Source: an uncultured Candidatus Bathyarchaeia archaeon
Lineage (GTDB): Archaea; Thermoproteota; Bathyarchaeia; RBG-16-48-13; JAGMEO01
Assembly: GCA_964551465.1 (NCBI GenBank)
Contig: CAZKBR010000001.1
Span: 11,768 to 75,767 of the forward strand
Length of the DNA stretch: 64,000 nt
Direction: 5' to 3'
Each line of letters opens with the position of its first letter. Position 1 is the first letter of the stretch. Below the pieces are notes generated by a model, which did no database searches, was not told where the DNA came from, and saw only the letters and a program-made list of their open reading frames with translations. Positions 1 through 9,985 of this stretch are shown piece by piece. The position numbers and the translations under genes were made by a program.

Positions 1-157
1 GTAGCGTGTTGAGGGCTTTATAAACCTTACCTTAAGTCAGACTATGTTTTGCTAGATGCATTGTACGCGACAAGGCAAAGGCATGTAGCTTACAACCAAG
101 TTTCAACATGTAGATCCTGATGAGTTACCGAAAACGTGTTTTGCCCGATAAATGTGT

Positions 158-853
158 TCACTTTGTGCTTTTTGAAACTATCAATTCATGTGCCTTGTCG
201 TATGGCTCCAGTTTTATCTCTTCCTTTATGGTGAACCCGAGCTTTTCCAGCGTTTCTTTTTCCATCTTGTAGATCTTTTTCAGCGATTTTATTGCATCTA
301 TGCTTCTGGCCTTCACAGCCAGAATCGCCCACCCATCTTCCTTCAGATACATGCGAGCATTCTCAGCGAGGATCAATGCTTGTTCCGGCTGGGCTACATC
401 ACAGTATATGACATCAACCGACCCGACGAGCATTCTATAGACCTCTGGGTTTCGCGCATCCGCGAGGATTGGAAGCATGTTCTCTCTGTATTTGCAGACC
501 CTTACGATCAGCTCTCTGAAAGCGCGTGGTGCAAACTCAACGCAGTAGACACTCCCCCTAAATCCGACAATGTCTGAGATGTGACTGGACGTTGTTCCAG
601 TCGCCGCGCCCAAGTATAGAACGCTATCTCCCTCATCTATTGGCATGTTCCTAAGACCGTTCAGAACAGCTGCAGCCAGCTTGCTTCTGAAGGGGTTCCA
701 CAATCGGTATTCAACTCCACAGGATCTGACTAGACGCTCCCCGTACACAGCCCTCCCTAGAGTTAGGTTTCTTGTCGCAAGGCGCTCTTCTTCCTCCAAA
801 GGTATCCAATAGAACCCGTGAAACTTCTCGTGGGGCTTAACTTGCAGAGACAA
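158..853 (-). CDS. flpA: Fibrillarin-like rRNA/tRNA 2'-O-methyltransferase
   Basis: EYRLWNPFRSKLAA, VLYLGAATGTTSSH, DVAQPEQ and LEPYDKAH motifs; directly downstream of nop5. Confidence 0.97.
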   Translation of the reverse strand: MSLQVKPHEKFHGFYWIPLEEEERLATRNLTLGRAVYGERLVRSCGVEYRLWNPFRSKLAAAVLNGLRNMPIDEGDSVLYLGAATGTTSSHISDIVGFRGSVYCVEFAPRAFRELIVRVCKYRENMLPILADARNPEVYRMLVGSVDVIYCDVAQPEQALILAENARMYLKEDGWAILAVKARSIDAIKSLKKIYKMEKETLEKLGFTIKEEIKLEPYDKAHELIVSKSTK

Positions 854-2051
854 AAGCTTTGTTCTCCTTCAGTTTTCTTCTTTCATCATTGCAATGATTG
901 TATGCTTCCCTAATTCCTTTGATCCTTTTGTTGAGATCTGCTCTTAACTTGCCACCGATGTTTCTTCCAGAGTAAGCATCCAATCTGGCTGCTATGGCCA
1001 GTTTCCCAGCTAAAACTCTAGCTATCTTTCCTCTTTCTCTACGTGAGGAGCCGTGGACTTCTGGGTGTTGGAAGATTATCCCATGTTTTGGAGGGCTGGC
1101 CTTTGTTCTGATAGATCTGAAGAGGGCTTTTTCAGCACCCAGTACCTGTATGGTACTAGACGGTTTCTTGGCAAGGTTTCTAAGTCCTCCAACCGCGGCA
1201 ATCAAGCGGGCTCCAAGAGTTGGACCCGCTAGGGCCTTGACATTGGGGGCGACTTCATCCATAGTCTCTCCGATGTATTGTCTAATCCCTCTTCTGGACT
1301 CGTACAGGCTCAAGGCCTTTTTAGAAAGCTCACGTATCCCAGAGATGTCGGCTTCACTGATATCGATCCCCATCGAGGATTTAGCAGCTTCAACCAATTT
1401 CTTCGCCTCATAGAGAGGCAGCCCCTCATCCCTGATTTTTTCTGCGGTGAAATCATCCCTCTCACCCAAGTCAACAACCAGCTTCAGGTATAATTCGTTT
1501 TTGTCAACGAGCCTACTGAGCTCTGGAAAGTGGAGGCCATACCACTCCCTAACCCTTCCCGAGATCATGTTGAAGATCTTATCTACTTCATCTAGGGCTG
1601 ACACAGCCTGAATTACAAGAAGGTCTTTTTCCTCACCGGCCAACTTGACCTTTGTCGTCGCTAGGAACATGGATACGTCGTACATGAGCCTCCTAACCCC
1701 CTCTGAGTCCTTTGCATAACCAGCTTCGATAACCATTCTTTCAAGATTTTGACGCAGTTTTTTCGCCGATGAGCTTGGTCTCTCAAATTCAACGTCGACA
1801 TCTATCTTCTCATGCACAGTCTTAGCCAATTGATCGCTCTCAAAAATGAAGGACGCGTACCCCAAAGCTTTAAGGTCTGAAATCAATTTTTCCAGTTCTT
1901 TTACAATTTCCCCTCTCTGGGATTCCTCGATTCTCTCAGCGATCTTCTCCGCGTTCTTGGGAAAAAGTATGCTCTTAATAAGCTCGTTATTCTCATTGAA
2001 GCCAAAAAACCCCACAATGCACTCGGCAATAGAGGCTTTCAATGTTTCCAC
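837..2051 (-). CDS. nop5: C/D box RNP protein Nop5 (Nop56/58)
   Basis: REWYGLHFPEL, STIQVLGAEKALF, PKHGIIF and RGKIAR motifs. Confidence 0.97.
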   Translation of the reverse strand: METLKASIAECIVGFFGFNENNELIKSILFPKNAEKIAERIEESQRGEIVKELEKLISDLKALGYASFIFESDQLAKTVHEKIDVDVEFERPSSSAKKLRQNLERMVIEAGYAKDSEGVRRLMYDVSMFLATTKVKLAGEEKDLLVIQAVSALDEVDKIFNMISGRVREWYGLHFPELSRLVDKNELYLKLVVDLGERDDFTAEKIRDEGLPLYEAKKLVEAAKSSMGIDISEADISGIRELSKKALSLYESRRGIRQYIGETMDEVAPNVKALAGPTLGARLIAAVGGLRNLAKKPSSTIQVLGAEKALFRSIRTKASPPKHGIIFQHPEVHGSSRRERGKIARVLAGKLAIAARLDAYSGRNIGGKLRADLNKRIKGIREAYNHCNDERRKLKENKAFVSAS

Positions 2052-2271
2052 GTCCTATTCAAAGCCAATCCTCGGTCTATTATATGTTCTGCTCGATTTT
2101 TTATCTTTGGGTTTTTGAAGTCTTTTCTAACGTCAAATTGAATGTACCAGAGAACTAACAACGTTAAAGACTGTTTTCATCAATAGGTTTCGATCAGCGG
2201 AGAATCCTTTATTAAGGATCATTATCAATTCTATACTGGTTTCGATCTTAGCATGGAGGATATGAGCAAGA

Positions 2272-2448
2272 ATGCCGACTCATGGTTCTCTTACGAAGGC
2301 TGGAAAGGTTAGGAGCCAAACCCCAAAAACTCCCTCAACTAACAGAAAGAGGCCTACTCCCAAATCTAGGAACCGTAGAAACTACAGGAAAAGGATTGTT
2401 TTTGGAACTAAGATTGGGCAGTACTGGTCTGGGTCAAGAAGTCGCTAA
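2272..2448 (+). CDS. rps30e: 30S ribosomal protein S30e (58 aa; not in the ORF track)
   Basis: Hand translation MPTHGSLTKAGKVRSQTPK...RNRRNYRKR matches the S30e signature HGSL-AGKVR-QTPK. Confidence 0.93.
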   Translation: MPTHGSLTKAGKVRSQTPKTPSTNRKRPTPKSRNRRNYRKRIVFGTKIGQYWSGSRSR

Positions 2449-2584
2449 TCTCAACAAAGCTATACTCTGTTGAAGCCTCAACGCTCCAACCCTGACTTAA
2501 CTTTAAAACAGAAGCGTTTCTACCCTATCTCCAGCCATCTCTCATCGAAAGTGTTCACGATCGATTTCATTTTGTAAAAGTTTA

Positions 2585-4270
2585 GTGTCAGTGAGAAAAG
2601 CTATGCAGGAAGCCATGTGCAGAGATATCATCAGACGGCTGGAGAGTGTTCCAAACCCGAGTGAGAAGGACTTAGACAGAGTAAAGTTTGATGTGTGCCG
2701 AAAGTACGGATCACGCATGCTAGGAAACAGTGAGATAATCAAGTGCTTAAATAGTGGTGAACGTGAGAGACTCCTTCCAATTCTAAAGAGGAAGGCTGTT
2801 AGGACGATCAGCGGCGTTACCGTTATAGCTGTTATGACGAAACCATTTCCGTGCCCAAAGTCCTCTCCCTGTGCTTATTGTCCGGGCGGCCCCTCAACTG
2901 GTGTACCGCAATCTTATACAGGTTGTGAGCCGGCTGCTATGAGAGGAAAGCAGAATCTCTTTGAGCCCTACCCTCAGGTCAGAAAGCGTATCGAACAGTT
3001 GGAAGCCATCGGGCATACGGTTGACAAAGCCGAGTTGATCATTATGGGAGGAACGTTCCCGGCAACTCCTCTGGAGTATCAAGAGCGATTCATTAAAGAT
3101 TGCCTAGACGCGATCACGGGGGCAAAGTCAAGTTCTTTTGAAGAGGCGAAGCAAAATGCAGAGGCAAGTATGGTCAGAAATGTGGGCATAACTGTTGAAA
3201 CAAGGCCTGATTGGGCCAAGGAAAGAGACGTAGACCGCATGCTGTCAATGGGCATTACGCGCGTGGAGTTAGGGGTCCAGAACGTGTATGACGACGTATA
3301 TGAACTTGTTGATCGGGGGCATAGTGTTGAGGATGTCGTCAAAGCCACGAGGGTACTTAAAGACTCCGGATTGAAAGTATGTTATCACATGATGCCAAAG
3401 TTGCCAGGCTCAGACTTCAAGAGGGATTTTGAGGGATTCATGAAGGTTCTTGATGATCCATCGTTCAGACCCGATATGCTGAAAATCTACCCGACGCTGG
3501 TTATACGTGGAACAAGAGTCTATGACTGGTGGCTGAAAGGCGAGTACGAACCCTACACAACAGAAGAAGCCACTGATCTCCTCGTTCAGGTCGCTAAGAT
3601 CATTCCCCCTTGGGTCAGGGTAATGAGGGTTCAGAGGGATATCCCCGCCAATCTAATAATAGCAGGGGTTAAGAAGAGCAACCTTCGACAAATCGTTTCG
3701 AGCAGGCTGAAAGGCGAAGGACTAGTCTGTCGTTGTATACGATGCAGAGAGGTTGGTCATCGATTACTGAAAGACGGAATAAAGCCAGAGGTGAAGAACA
3801 TACGGGTTTTGAGGCGCGTTTACGAGGCGTCAGAGGGGGTGGAAATCTTTATTTCTGCGGAAGATCCCATAAACGACATCCTCATCGCATACATTAGGCT
3901 GAGAATTCCTTCAGGTGAAGCACATAGACCAGAAATCAGGCTCGGGAAGGCTTCAATAATCAGGGAGCTCAGGGTTTTCGGCCCCATTGTTCCAGTTGGG
4001 AAACATCTCGACGGTGCTTGGCAGCATAAGGGTTATGGCAGAATGCTCCTCAGGGAGGCTGAAAGAGTAACGGTGGAAGAGTTTGACCTTACAAAAATTG
4101 TTGTTACAAGTGCGCTAGGAACCAAGCATTACTATATGCGTTTTGGCTATGACTACGATGGCCCATACTTATCCAAGGAACTCCAATTTCAGAAAGGGGT
4201 GAGAGATCAATCACTTAAAAACCTTTCCGGTCTCTCTGGACCAGAGGAGCAGGTCCAGTTCCTCCATTGA
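2585..4270 (+). CDS. elp3: Elp3-family radical SAM/GNAT tRNA U34 modification enzyme
   Basis: CPxxxxCxYCPGG cluster motif, QSYTGxEPA, MGGTF, RVQRDIP, QHxGYG GNAT motif. Confidence 0.96.
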   Translation: MSVRKAMQEAMCRDIIRRLESVPNPSEKDLDRVKFDVCRKYGSRMLGNSEIIKCLNSGERERLLPILKRKAVRTISGVTVIAVMTKPFPCPKSSPCAYCPGGPSTGVPQSYTGCEPAAMRGKQNLFEPYPQVRKRIEQLEAIGHTVDKAELIIMGGTFPATPLEYQERFIKDCLDAITGAKSSSFEEAKQNAEASMVRNVGITVETRPDWAKERDVDRMLSMGITRVELGVQNVYDDVYELVDRGHSVEDVVKATRVLKDSGLKVCYHMMPKLPGSDFKRDFEGFMKVLDDPSFRPDMLKIYPTLVIRGTRVYDWWLKGEYEPYTTEEATDLLVQVAKIIPPWVRVMRVQRDIPANLIIAGVKKSNLRQIVSSRLKGEGLVCRCIRCREVGHRLLKDGIKPEVKNIRVLRRVYEASEGVEIFISAEDPINDILIAYIRLRIPSGEAHRPEIRLGKASIIRELRVFGPIVPVGKHLDGAWQHKGYGRMLLREAERVTVEEFDLTKIVVTSALGTKHYYMRFGYDYDGPYLSKELQFQKGVRDQSLKNLSGLSGPEEQVQFLH

Positions 4271-4861
4271 TATATTGAGCCTCTCTGCAAGCGCCATCAT
4301 CTTCGATTCTATACTCATATATTCCTTCTTTGTAAGACTTTTTACCTCCCCTACGACGCCGAATTCCTTTAGTTTTCTCAAGATATGTCTATCTAGAATT
4401 GCTAGATTTTTTCCGAGACCAATGTTTCTTAGAAAGTGACTCGATTCTTTCATACCCACCCCCTTAACATTCTTTGTTATCCACTCTCTTAGCTGGTGAA
4501 CATCATGGAAGGATGTAAGCCGCTCTTTAATCCCAGTCTTTCCATTCTTTTTGAACATCCTCCTTGCCTCGACGATGTAACTAGCTTTACGACCGGAGAA
4601 TCTCACTCTCCTTAGAAATCGCCTTATCTGACCGACGTCTCCCTTTAGAAGCAGGTTACTCTTCTCCAAGGATGCTATGGCTTCGTCACAGAGTACGGCC
4701 TTTGATTGAGGAGTACATATACAGTAACATAGCTCTGCAAAGATTTTTTCGTCAGGCTGGTTTAGAGCATCTTCGAATTGACGAAGCTTTTTTCTAATAT
4801 CGTCCTTTTTAGTTCGGTAATACTCCATCAGCTGCTCAGCTTGAGCCACCCTTTTTTCCAT
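4211..4861 (-). CDS. ogg: 8-oxoguanine N-glycosylase/DNA lyase (Ogg2 type)
   Basis: ELCYCICTPQS, KGVGMKESSHFLRNIG and AILDRH HhH motifs. Confidence 0.9.
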   Translation of the reverse strand: MEKRVAQAEQLMEYYRTKKDDIRKKLRQFEDALNQPDEKIFAELCYCICTPQSKAVLCDEAIASLEKSNLLLKGDVGQIRRFLRRVRFSGRKASYIVEARRMFKKNGKTGIKERLTSFHDVHQLREWITKNVKGVGMKESSHFLRNIGLGKNLAILDRHILRKLKEFGVVGEVKSLTKKEYMSIESKMMALAERLNISMEELDLLLWSRETGKVFK

Positions 4862-4987
4862 CGATCAATCTCATCCTCACTAATTTTAAGTGACACGTGA
4901 CCCAGTAATCTGACGAAGGCTGTAGTGCCAAAAACCCTTATTTAATAGGATTGAACTTAAATAAGATTAAACTCCTTTCTCGCTGGG

Positions 4988-5278
4988 GTGGTTTACATGC
5001 CTTCTAGAAGAAAAAGAACGGCCGAATACGAAGAGAGGATCAGGCAAGCGTCGTCCATTCTGACCACAATAAGCGAGGATAATACGACGCCTAGAAACAT
5101 TAGGCGGGCCGCGAAGGAAGCCCTGAATATGTTGTCGGATGGAAAGCTCAGCCAGGGTGTCAGAGCAGTTAACGCCATAAGCATCATGGATGACATAAGC
5201 CTTGACCCAAACATGCCCCCTTATACGAGGACGCGCATATGGAACATTGTCTCTCTTCTAGAAGTAATAAAGGAGTGA
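4988..5278 (+). CDS. UPF0147 family protein
   Basis: DxTTPRNIRRAA...DPNMPxYTRTxIW pattern. Confidence 0.88.
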   Translation: MVYMPSRRKRTAEYEERIRQASSILTTISEDNTTPRNIRRAAKEALNMLSDGKLSQGVRAVNAISIMDDISLDPNMPPYTRTRIWNIVSLLEVIKE

Positions 5279-5301
5279 GGTTTTTCGGGGCTATTCTAGA
5301 C

Positions 5302-5658
5302 CTAAACGCTGAGCCGCTTGGTCTTCTCTAAAGCCTCCAGCCACGACACGAGGTTCTTCAGGTAGACGCTCAGTCTTTCCTGGTTCTCCTCCTTTGTAAT
5401 TAACTCGTTAAGTTCTGTGAGCTTTCGGCAAATGGTCTGGTTTAACGAGTTGATGACCGCGTTTTGCGATACCTTTAAAGCCTCCTCCTCAGCTTTCACC
5501 ACATGCTTCTGACAGTTGGGACAGTAGAGTTCTCCGCTCTTCAACTTAAACAGAGGGGAGTCGCACGCAGGGCAGGGGATGTTGAGTAATGTTGCACCTT
5601 GCAGAAGTAGATGGGTCATCCTCTTCAGGCCTTCATCCTTACTCACAAACAACACCAC
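5302..5658 (-). CDS. UPF0148 / autoantigen-p27-like zinc-finger protein
   Basis: LLxGATLLxxxCPxCxxPLF...YCPxC; usual neighbour of UPF0147. Confidence 0.85.
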   Translation of the reverse strand: MVLFVSKDEGLKRMTHLLLQGATLLNIPCPACDSPLFKLKSGELYCPNCQKHVVKAEEEALKVSQNAVINSLNQTICRKLTELNELITKEENQERLSVYLKNLVSWLEALEKTKRLSV

Positions 5659-5870
5659 TTAATTCATTAAGACCGACGACAATAATAAGGTTAAGTTCTA
5701 TTTCCAACGGTCGATCGCGACACGGATACGATTTTACTGCGGTTGAAGTTGCGGATCTAAGCAGGCATACCAATTTTTCCTTTCGATCAATCTAACACAG
5801 ATAAGCGGGGCTCAACTGTAATAAGCAAGAAAAGAGAATGCTCATCAATAGTATTTAGGAGTCCAAGCAA

Positions 5871-6470
5871 TTGAAGGGATTTCTGATCTGTATCGAAGGA
5901 ATAGATGGCTCGGGTGAGGGAACAAACGCTCGACTCCTTGTAGAGAAACTAAAGAAGGAAGGTTATGAGGTTGGATCCATATCCTTTCCAGACTATACCA
6001 CCCCGATCGGGAAGGAGATCAAAAGGTTTTTTCAGGGGAAACGTGACTTTGGCCCCGAGGTTAGGCAATGCCTTTTTGCAGCGAATAGGTGGGAGAGAAA
6101 GCCTGACATAGAGGAGTGGTTAAACGAGGAAAGAGTTATTATCGCCAACAGATACACGCCTTCTGGCTTAGTATACGGACTAGCCAACGGGCTAGATCTG
6201 GGATGGATGATGAGCCTGGAAAGAGGCTTACCACCAGCAGACATGGTCATCGTGATAGATGTTTCAGTCGACACACACTTTCAGAGAACAACTTGGAGAG
6301 ATGTCTATGAAAAAGATAGAAGTTTTCTAGAGCGCGTTAGAACCGCTTACCTAGACTTGGCTAGGAGGTTCAAATGGAAGGTTACGGATGGTGAAAGGCA
6401 AGTAGATGAGGTTGCTGGGGAAATCTGGGAGCTAACGTCCGAGATGATCAAGACTTCCTGCAAGCATTGA
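5871..6470 (+). CDS. tmk: Thymidylate kinase (P-loop Lys replaced by Glu)
   Basis: IEGIDGSG, SFPDYxTxIG, LFAANRWE, NRYxxSGxxYG; Walker A reads GSGEGT. Confidence 0.9.
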   Translation: MKGFLICIEGIDGSGEGTNARLLVEKLKKEGYEVGSISFPDYTTPIGKEIKRFFQGKRDFGPEVRQCLFAANRWERKPDIEEWLNEERVIIANRYTPSGLVYGLANGLDLGWMMSLERGLPPADMVIVIDVSVDTHFQRTTWRDVYEKDRSFLERVRTAYLDLARRFKWKVTDGERQVDEVAGEIWELTSEMIKTSCKH

Positions 6471-6512
6471 GGAGCATACCAAGATTTATGAAAGAAGCGC
6501 TACAGGCGGCAT

Positions 6513-7847
6513 CTACTCTTTTGAGGTCGGAATTTTAGCCTTCTCAAAGAACATCCTTTCCCCCTTGATCGTGGCGTCTATTATCAACTTCGCAGGCGTC
6601 AACTTTGCACCTCCTTCACGCAATACGCTCATATCTAATGTCGAGCCCTTTACGTTCCTTATGATGAAATAGTCCTCAGCAGGATGAGCCCTCTCCACAA
6701 CAGCCGTTTCAACGGCCAGCGTGTCCCTGATGTCAACGTCGACGTCAACTATAATCACCCTCTTCAAGCTATAGTGGGCTGTAAGCGCAGCCATTCCTGT
6801 CAAGTACGGTTCGTTTGGATGCGTCTTCCTGATGGAGACAACAGCGTCGAGCCAGTTTGACCCCGCAGTAGAAAGAGAGACATCACAAACATTGCTGACT
6901 GACCTCACAGCGTCAAGCATCCTCGCCTCATGAGGTAAACCCATCAGTAGTTTGTGCTCCATCCCGCCTGGTAGCAGAGCCTGATAAAAGGCGTCCTCCC
7001 TCTTAGTGAGCGTACTTACCTCAAAAATAGGCTGGTCTCTGACGATGTCGTAGCAGCTAGTCACATCGACGAAGGGCCCTTCCTTAGCATGCGCAGTAAG
7101 GAATTTCCCCTCTAAAACAATCTCTGAGTAACGGGGGACTATAACATCTACGGTCTTGCAACGCACCAACTCCAGTGGGGAACCAGCGAGACCTCCCGCT
7201 ACATCGACCTCACACATCTGCCCAGGAGAAGTAGCGGCGGCGACGAGCAACTCCACTGGGGCACCGATAACTACGGCTGCCTCGAGAGGTTTCCCTTTAG
7301 ATTCAGCTTGTGTATAGAATCTGTGAAGATCTCGACCTTCTACCAACCTTGCTACAAGTCTCTTTTTCCCGATAACCATCATGCGATGATACGACGCATT
7401 CATCCTTCCTGTCTCGGGCTCCTTGGCAAGTACGATGCCACTTGTTATGTATGGTCCACCATCCTTTTCGTAATGCGTCAATATCGGCAAATCGCGGATC
7501 AGATCTACATCTTCGGCTTCCACTTCCTGACAGGCCCCGTCACTAAAGACCCTGGGCTTGACCGGTTTTTCCAAAGAAAGTATTATCTTCTCCAGAACCG
7601 CCTCAGGGGTGGTCTTCAGTCCCTTAGCCACAAACGCCCTCCTACAGCAGACGCCCCCGAAAACCTGCATTTCGTAACCCTTGACTCTCGTAAACAAGAC
7701 AGCTTTTTTGCCATCATATTTCTTAAGCATCGAAGGAATCTCATACTTCGTGGAAGCAGACGTCGAAAACTCTTCTAAGCACCCATCGTCCTGAAGAAGC
7801 TTCACAAACTCTCTCAGATCGCTTACATGCATACAGAACCCTCTCAA
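6513..7847 (-). CDS. UbiD-family prFMN decarboxylase, probable anhydromevalonate phosphate decarboxylase
   Basis: DGGPYITSG, NASYHRM and EGPFxD UbiD motifs; divergent from aconitase X genes; true start may be ATG at 7832. Confidence 0.85.
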   Translation of the reverse strand: MRGFCMHVSDLREFVKLLQDDGCLEEFSTSASTKYEIPSMLKKYDGKKAVLFTRVKGYEMQVFGGVCCRRAFVAKGLKTTPEAVLEKIILSLEKPVKPRVFSDGACQEVEAEDVDLIRDLPILTHYEKDGGPYITSGIVLAKEPETGRMNASYHRMMVIGKKRLVARLVEGRDLHRFYTQAESKGKPLEAAVVIGAPVELLVAAATSPGQMCEVDVAGGLAGSPLELVRCKTVDVIVPRYSEIVLEGKFLTAHAKEGPFVDVTSCYDIVRDQPIFEVSTLTKREDAFYQALLPGGMEHKLLMGLPHEARMLDAVRSVSNVCDVSLSTAGSNWLDAVVSIRKTHPNEPYLTGMAALTAHYSLKRVIIVDVDVDIRDTLAVETAVVERAHPAEDYFIIRNVKGSTLDMSVLREGGAKLTPAKLIIDATIKGERMFFEKAKIPTSKE

Positions 7848-7901
7848 CTTTTATAGCCGTGCAGACCCCTTAAATCTTTTAACAAAGGAGACGAGGAAGG
7901 C

Positions 7902-8336
7902 GTGATCTTCAGAGGACGAGTCGTCCAAGGATGGATCGGTGAGATCTGTGGAAAAGTCCTGATAACCAAGTCAAAGATATCGTTCCTCGGTGACGTAGAC
8001 CTTAATACAGGGAAGATTGTAGGAACAGACTTAGACATAAAGGGAGAGAGGATATCCTCCAAAATATTCATATTCCAAGAAGGAAGAGGTAGCACAGCAG
8101 GATCCAACGTAATATACGGTCTTTCTAGAGGAGGCTTGGCACCGAAGCTAATTGCCACGCGTAGGGCAGAACTCATCACCATTTCAGGGGCCATATTCGG
8201 AGGGGTTCCGATGATCTCAAATATAGATGAAAAAATTTTCAATTTCCTAGACAACGGAAACGAAGCAAAAGCTTACATCAGGGATAATGAAGCCTGTGTA
8301 GAAGAGGTGAGCGAGGGACAAAATGTTCCTTTCTAA
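7902..8336 (+). CDS. Aconitase X small subunit (DUF126), probable phosphomevalonate dehydratase small subunit
   Basis: ISFLGDVDxxTG and GRGSTAGS swiveling-domain motifs. Confidence 0.9.
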   Translation: MIFRGRVVQGWIGEICGKVLITKSKISFLGDVDLNTGKIVGTDLDIKGERISSKIFIFQEGRGSTAGSNVIYGLSRGGLAPKLIATRRAELITISGAIFGGVPMISNIDEKIFNFLDNGNEAKAYIRDNEACVEEVSEGQNVPF

Positions 8337-9543
8337 AGAAGAAGAGAATATTCTCGACGGGCAGAAGGGGTGGATCCTAGAAAGAGCGATGAGGCTTTTG
8401 ACCACGATAGGCGACCTAAACAATGCTGAGAGACTCGTCCCCATCAAGCGGTCTCAGGTGGCAGGTGTCTCGTACAGAACAGTCGGCGACCCAACCCTCC
8501 ATCTGGTGGAGGAACTCGCTAGGGAAAAAGTTAAAGTAAGGACTAAGGCAACTCAAAACCCAGCTGGAATGGACCTCAAGAGATGGAGAGAGATGGGGAT
8601 CCCAGAATGGTTCGCTGAAAAACAACTCAGGATATGTAGGGCGTACAAAAGATTGGGGGTAGAAGCATCATGCACCTGCACGCCCTACCTCTCTGGAAAC
8701 AGACCCGAGTTCGGCGAGGTTGTTGGTTTCTCGGAGTCGTCTGCTGTAGCATTCGTCAACTCGGTGGTGGGGGCGAGGACGAATAGGCATGGTGGGTTGG
8801 ATGCCTTGTCAGCCGCACTAATTGGCAAGGTTCCTTTGATGGGATATCTGCTCGACGAAAACAGGACGGGTAATGTCCACGTAAAGGTTTGTTTCAAACC
8901 TAAGAACGAAACAGACTACTCTGCCCTAGGATACTACGTCGGCAAAGAGGTCGAAACAAGCGAAGTCCCTGCATACGACGGAATAAAGGGCGCTTCTTTA
9001 GACGATCTGAAGCTCTTAGGTGCGGCCTCAGCAGCCTCAGGATCTGTCGCTCTATTTCACGTACTGGGTTTGACACCTGAGGCCAAGGACATTGGGGGTG
9101 TTTTTGGAGGAGATAAACCGAAATATAAATTGGAGGTAACAAGCGAGGAGGTACAATCCGTCTATGACGAGCTGTCAACGACAGAGGAGCCAGATCTGGT
9201 CGCAATGGGATGCCCGCACTCTTCTATTCAAGAGCTAAGAAAGATCGCAAAACTAATTTCCGGAAGAACGGTTAAGAGGGGCATCAAATTTTGGATCTTT
9301 ACCTCACCAAAAGTCTTCGAGGAAGCGAAAAAATCTGGATACGTCAGCATAATAAGATCGGCTGGAGGAGATGTTTTTTTGAACACATGCATGGTTGTAG
9401 AGCCGATCGAAGAAATAGGATTCAGATGCGTATACACAAACTCGGCTAAAGCAGCCTTCTATATTCCGAGAATAACGAAGGGCAAGTGCAAATCCAGCAT
9501 AGCACCACTTCGTACATGCATTGAAATGTGCACCACAAGTTAA
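8323..9543 (+). CDS. Aconitase X large subunit (DUF521), probable phosphomevalonate dehydratase large subunit
   Basis: CTCTPY, SESSAVxFxNSVxGARTN, GCPH, TCMVV, TNSxKAAxY. Confidence 0.92.
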   Translation: MFLSKEEENILDGQKGWILERAMRLLTTIGDLNNAERLVPIKRSQVAGVSYRTVGDPTLHLVEELAREKVKVRTKATQNPAGMDLKRWREMGIPEWFAEKQLRICRAYKRLGVEASCTCTPYLSGNRPEFGEVVGFSESSAVAFVNSVVGARTNRHGGLDALSAALIGKVPLMGYLLDENRTGNVHVKVCFKPKNETDYSALGYYVGKEVETSEVPAYDGIKGASLDDLKLLGAASAASGSVALFHVLGLTPEAKDIGGVFGGDKPKYKLEVTSEEVQSVYDELSTTEEPDLVAMGCPHSSIQELRKIAKLISGRTVKRGIKFWIFTSPKVFEEAKKSGYVSIIRSAGGDVFLNTCMVVEPIEEIGFRCVYTNSAKAAFYIPRITKGKCKSSIAPLRTCIEMCTTS

Positions 9544-9561
9544 AAAATAGGAGAGCCTTCA

Positions 9562-9915
9562 TTAGTTCTCCTTAATCTTGTCAAGCAATTTCTGTGCCAG
9601 CCTCATTAAAACAGATCCCACAAGGTCTCCTTTGATCTCTTTTAGATGAGTTGAGACAAGGACTATCCTGTTAAAATGAGACGAGAGTTGCTCAGCCAAT
9701 ACTTTAGTAATAATCATATTTCTTTCACCTAGGAGTACAGAGGAGACGCAAGGCCCGCCCTCAAAGTGAGGCATAGCCACAGCAAGTGTTCCCAAACGCA
9801 TGCGCCCCTTTTCGTTAAATAAAACTATAGCAGCATTTTCCACTTCAAACAGGGTAACCGTAAAGTTGTATTTACCTTCCTTTATCTCCTCACTAAAGGT
9901 TCTTGGATAAGGCAT
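9562..9915 (-). CDS. Conserved hypothetical protein (possibly PAC4-like fold)
   Basis: Clean ORF filling the gap; RLGTLAVAMP...SSVLLG pattern; function uncertain. Confidence 0.55.
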   Translation of the reverse strand: MPYPRTFSEEIKEGKYNFTVTLFEVENAAIVLFNEKGRMRLGTLAVAMPHFEGGPCVSSVLLGERNMIITKVLAEQLSSHFNRIVLVSTHLKEIKGDLVGSVLMRLAQKLLDKIKEN

Positions 9916-9985
9916 TTTACCGTCCTATACTATATTTTTCTCGACCAAGCTTAAAACAACAACCAAAGGACTTGATTAGATAAAA

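Noticed and set aside
100..145. CTGATGAG-TTAC-CGAAA resembling a hammerhead ribozyme core
   Set aside because: Stem II would be a single pair, and no convincing stems I or III could be formed.
4211..4270. 60-nt convergent overlap of elp3 and ogg
   Set aside because: Most simply a non-conserved C-terminal run-on of elp3; common in compact archaeal genomes.
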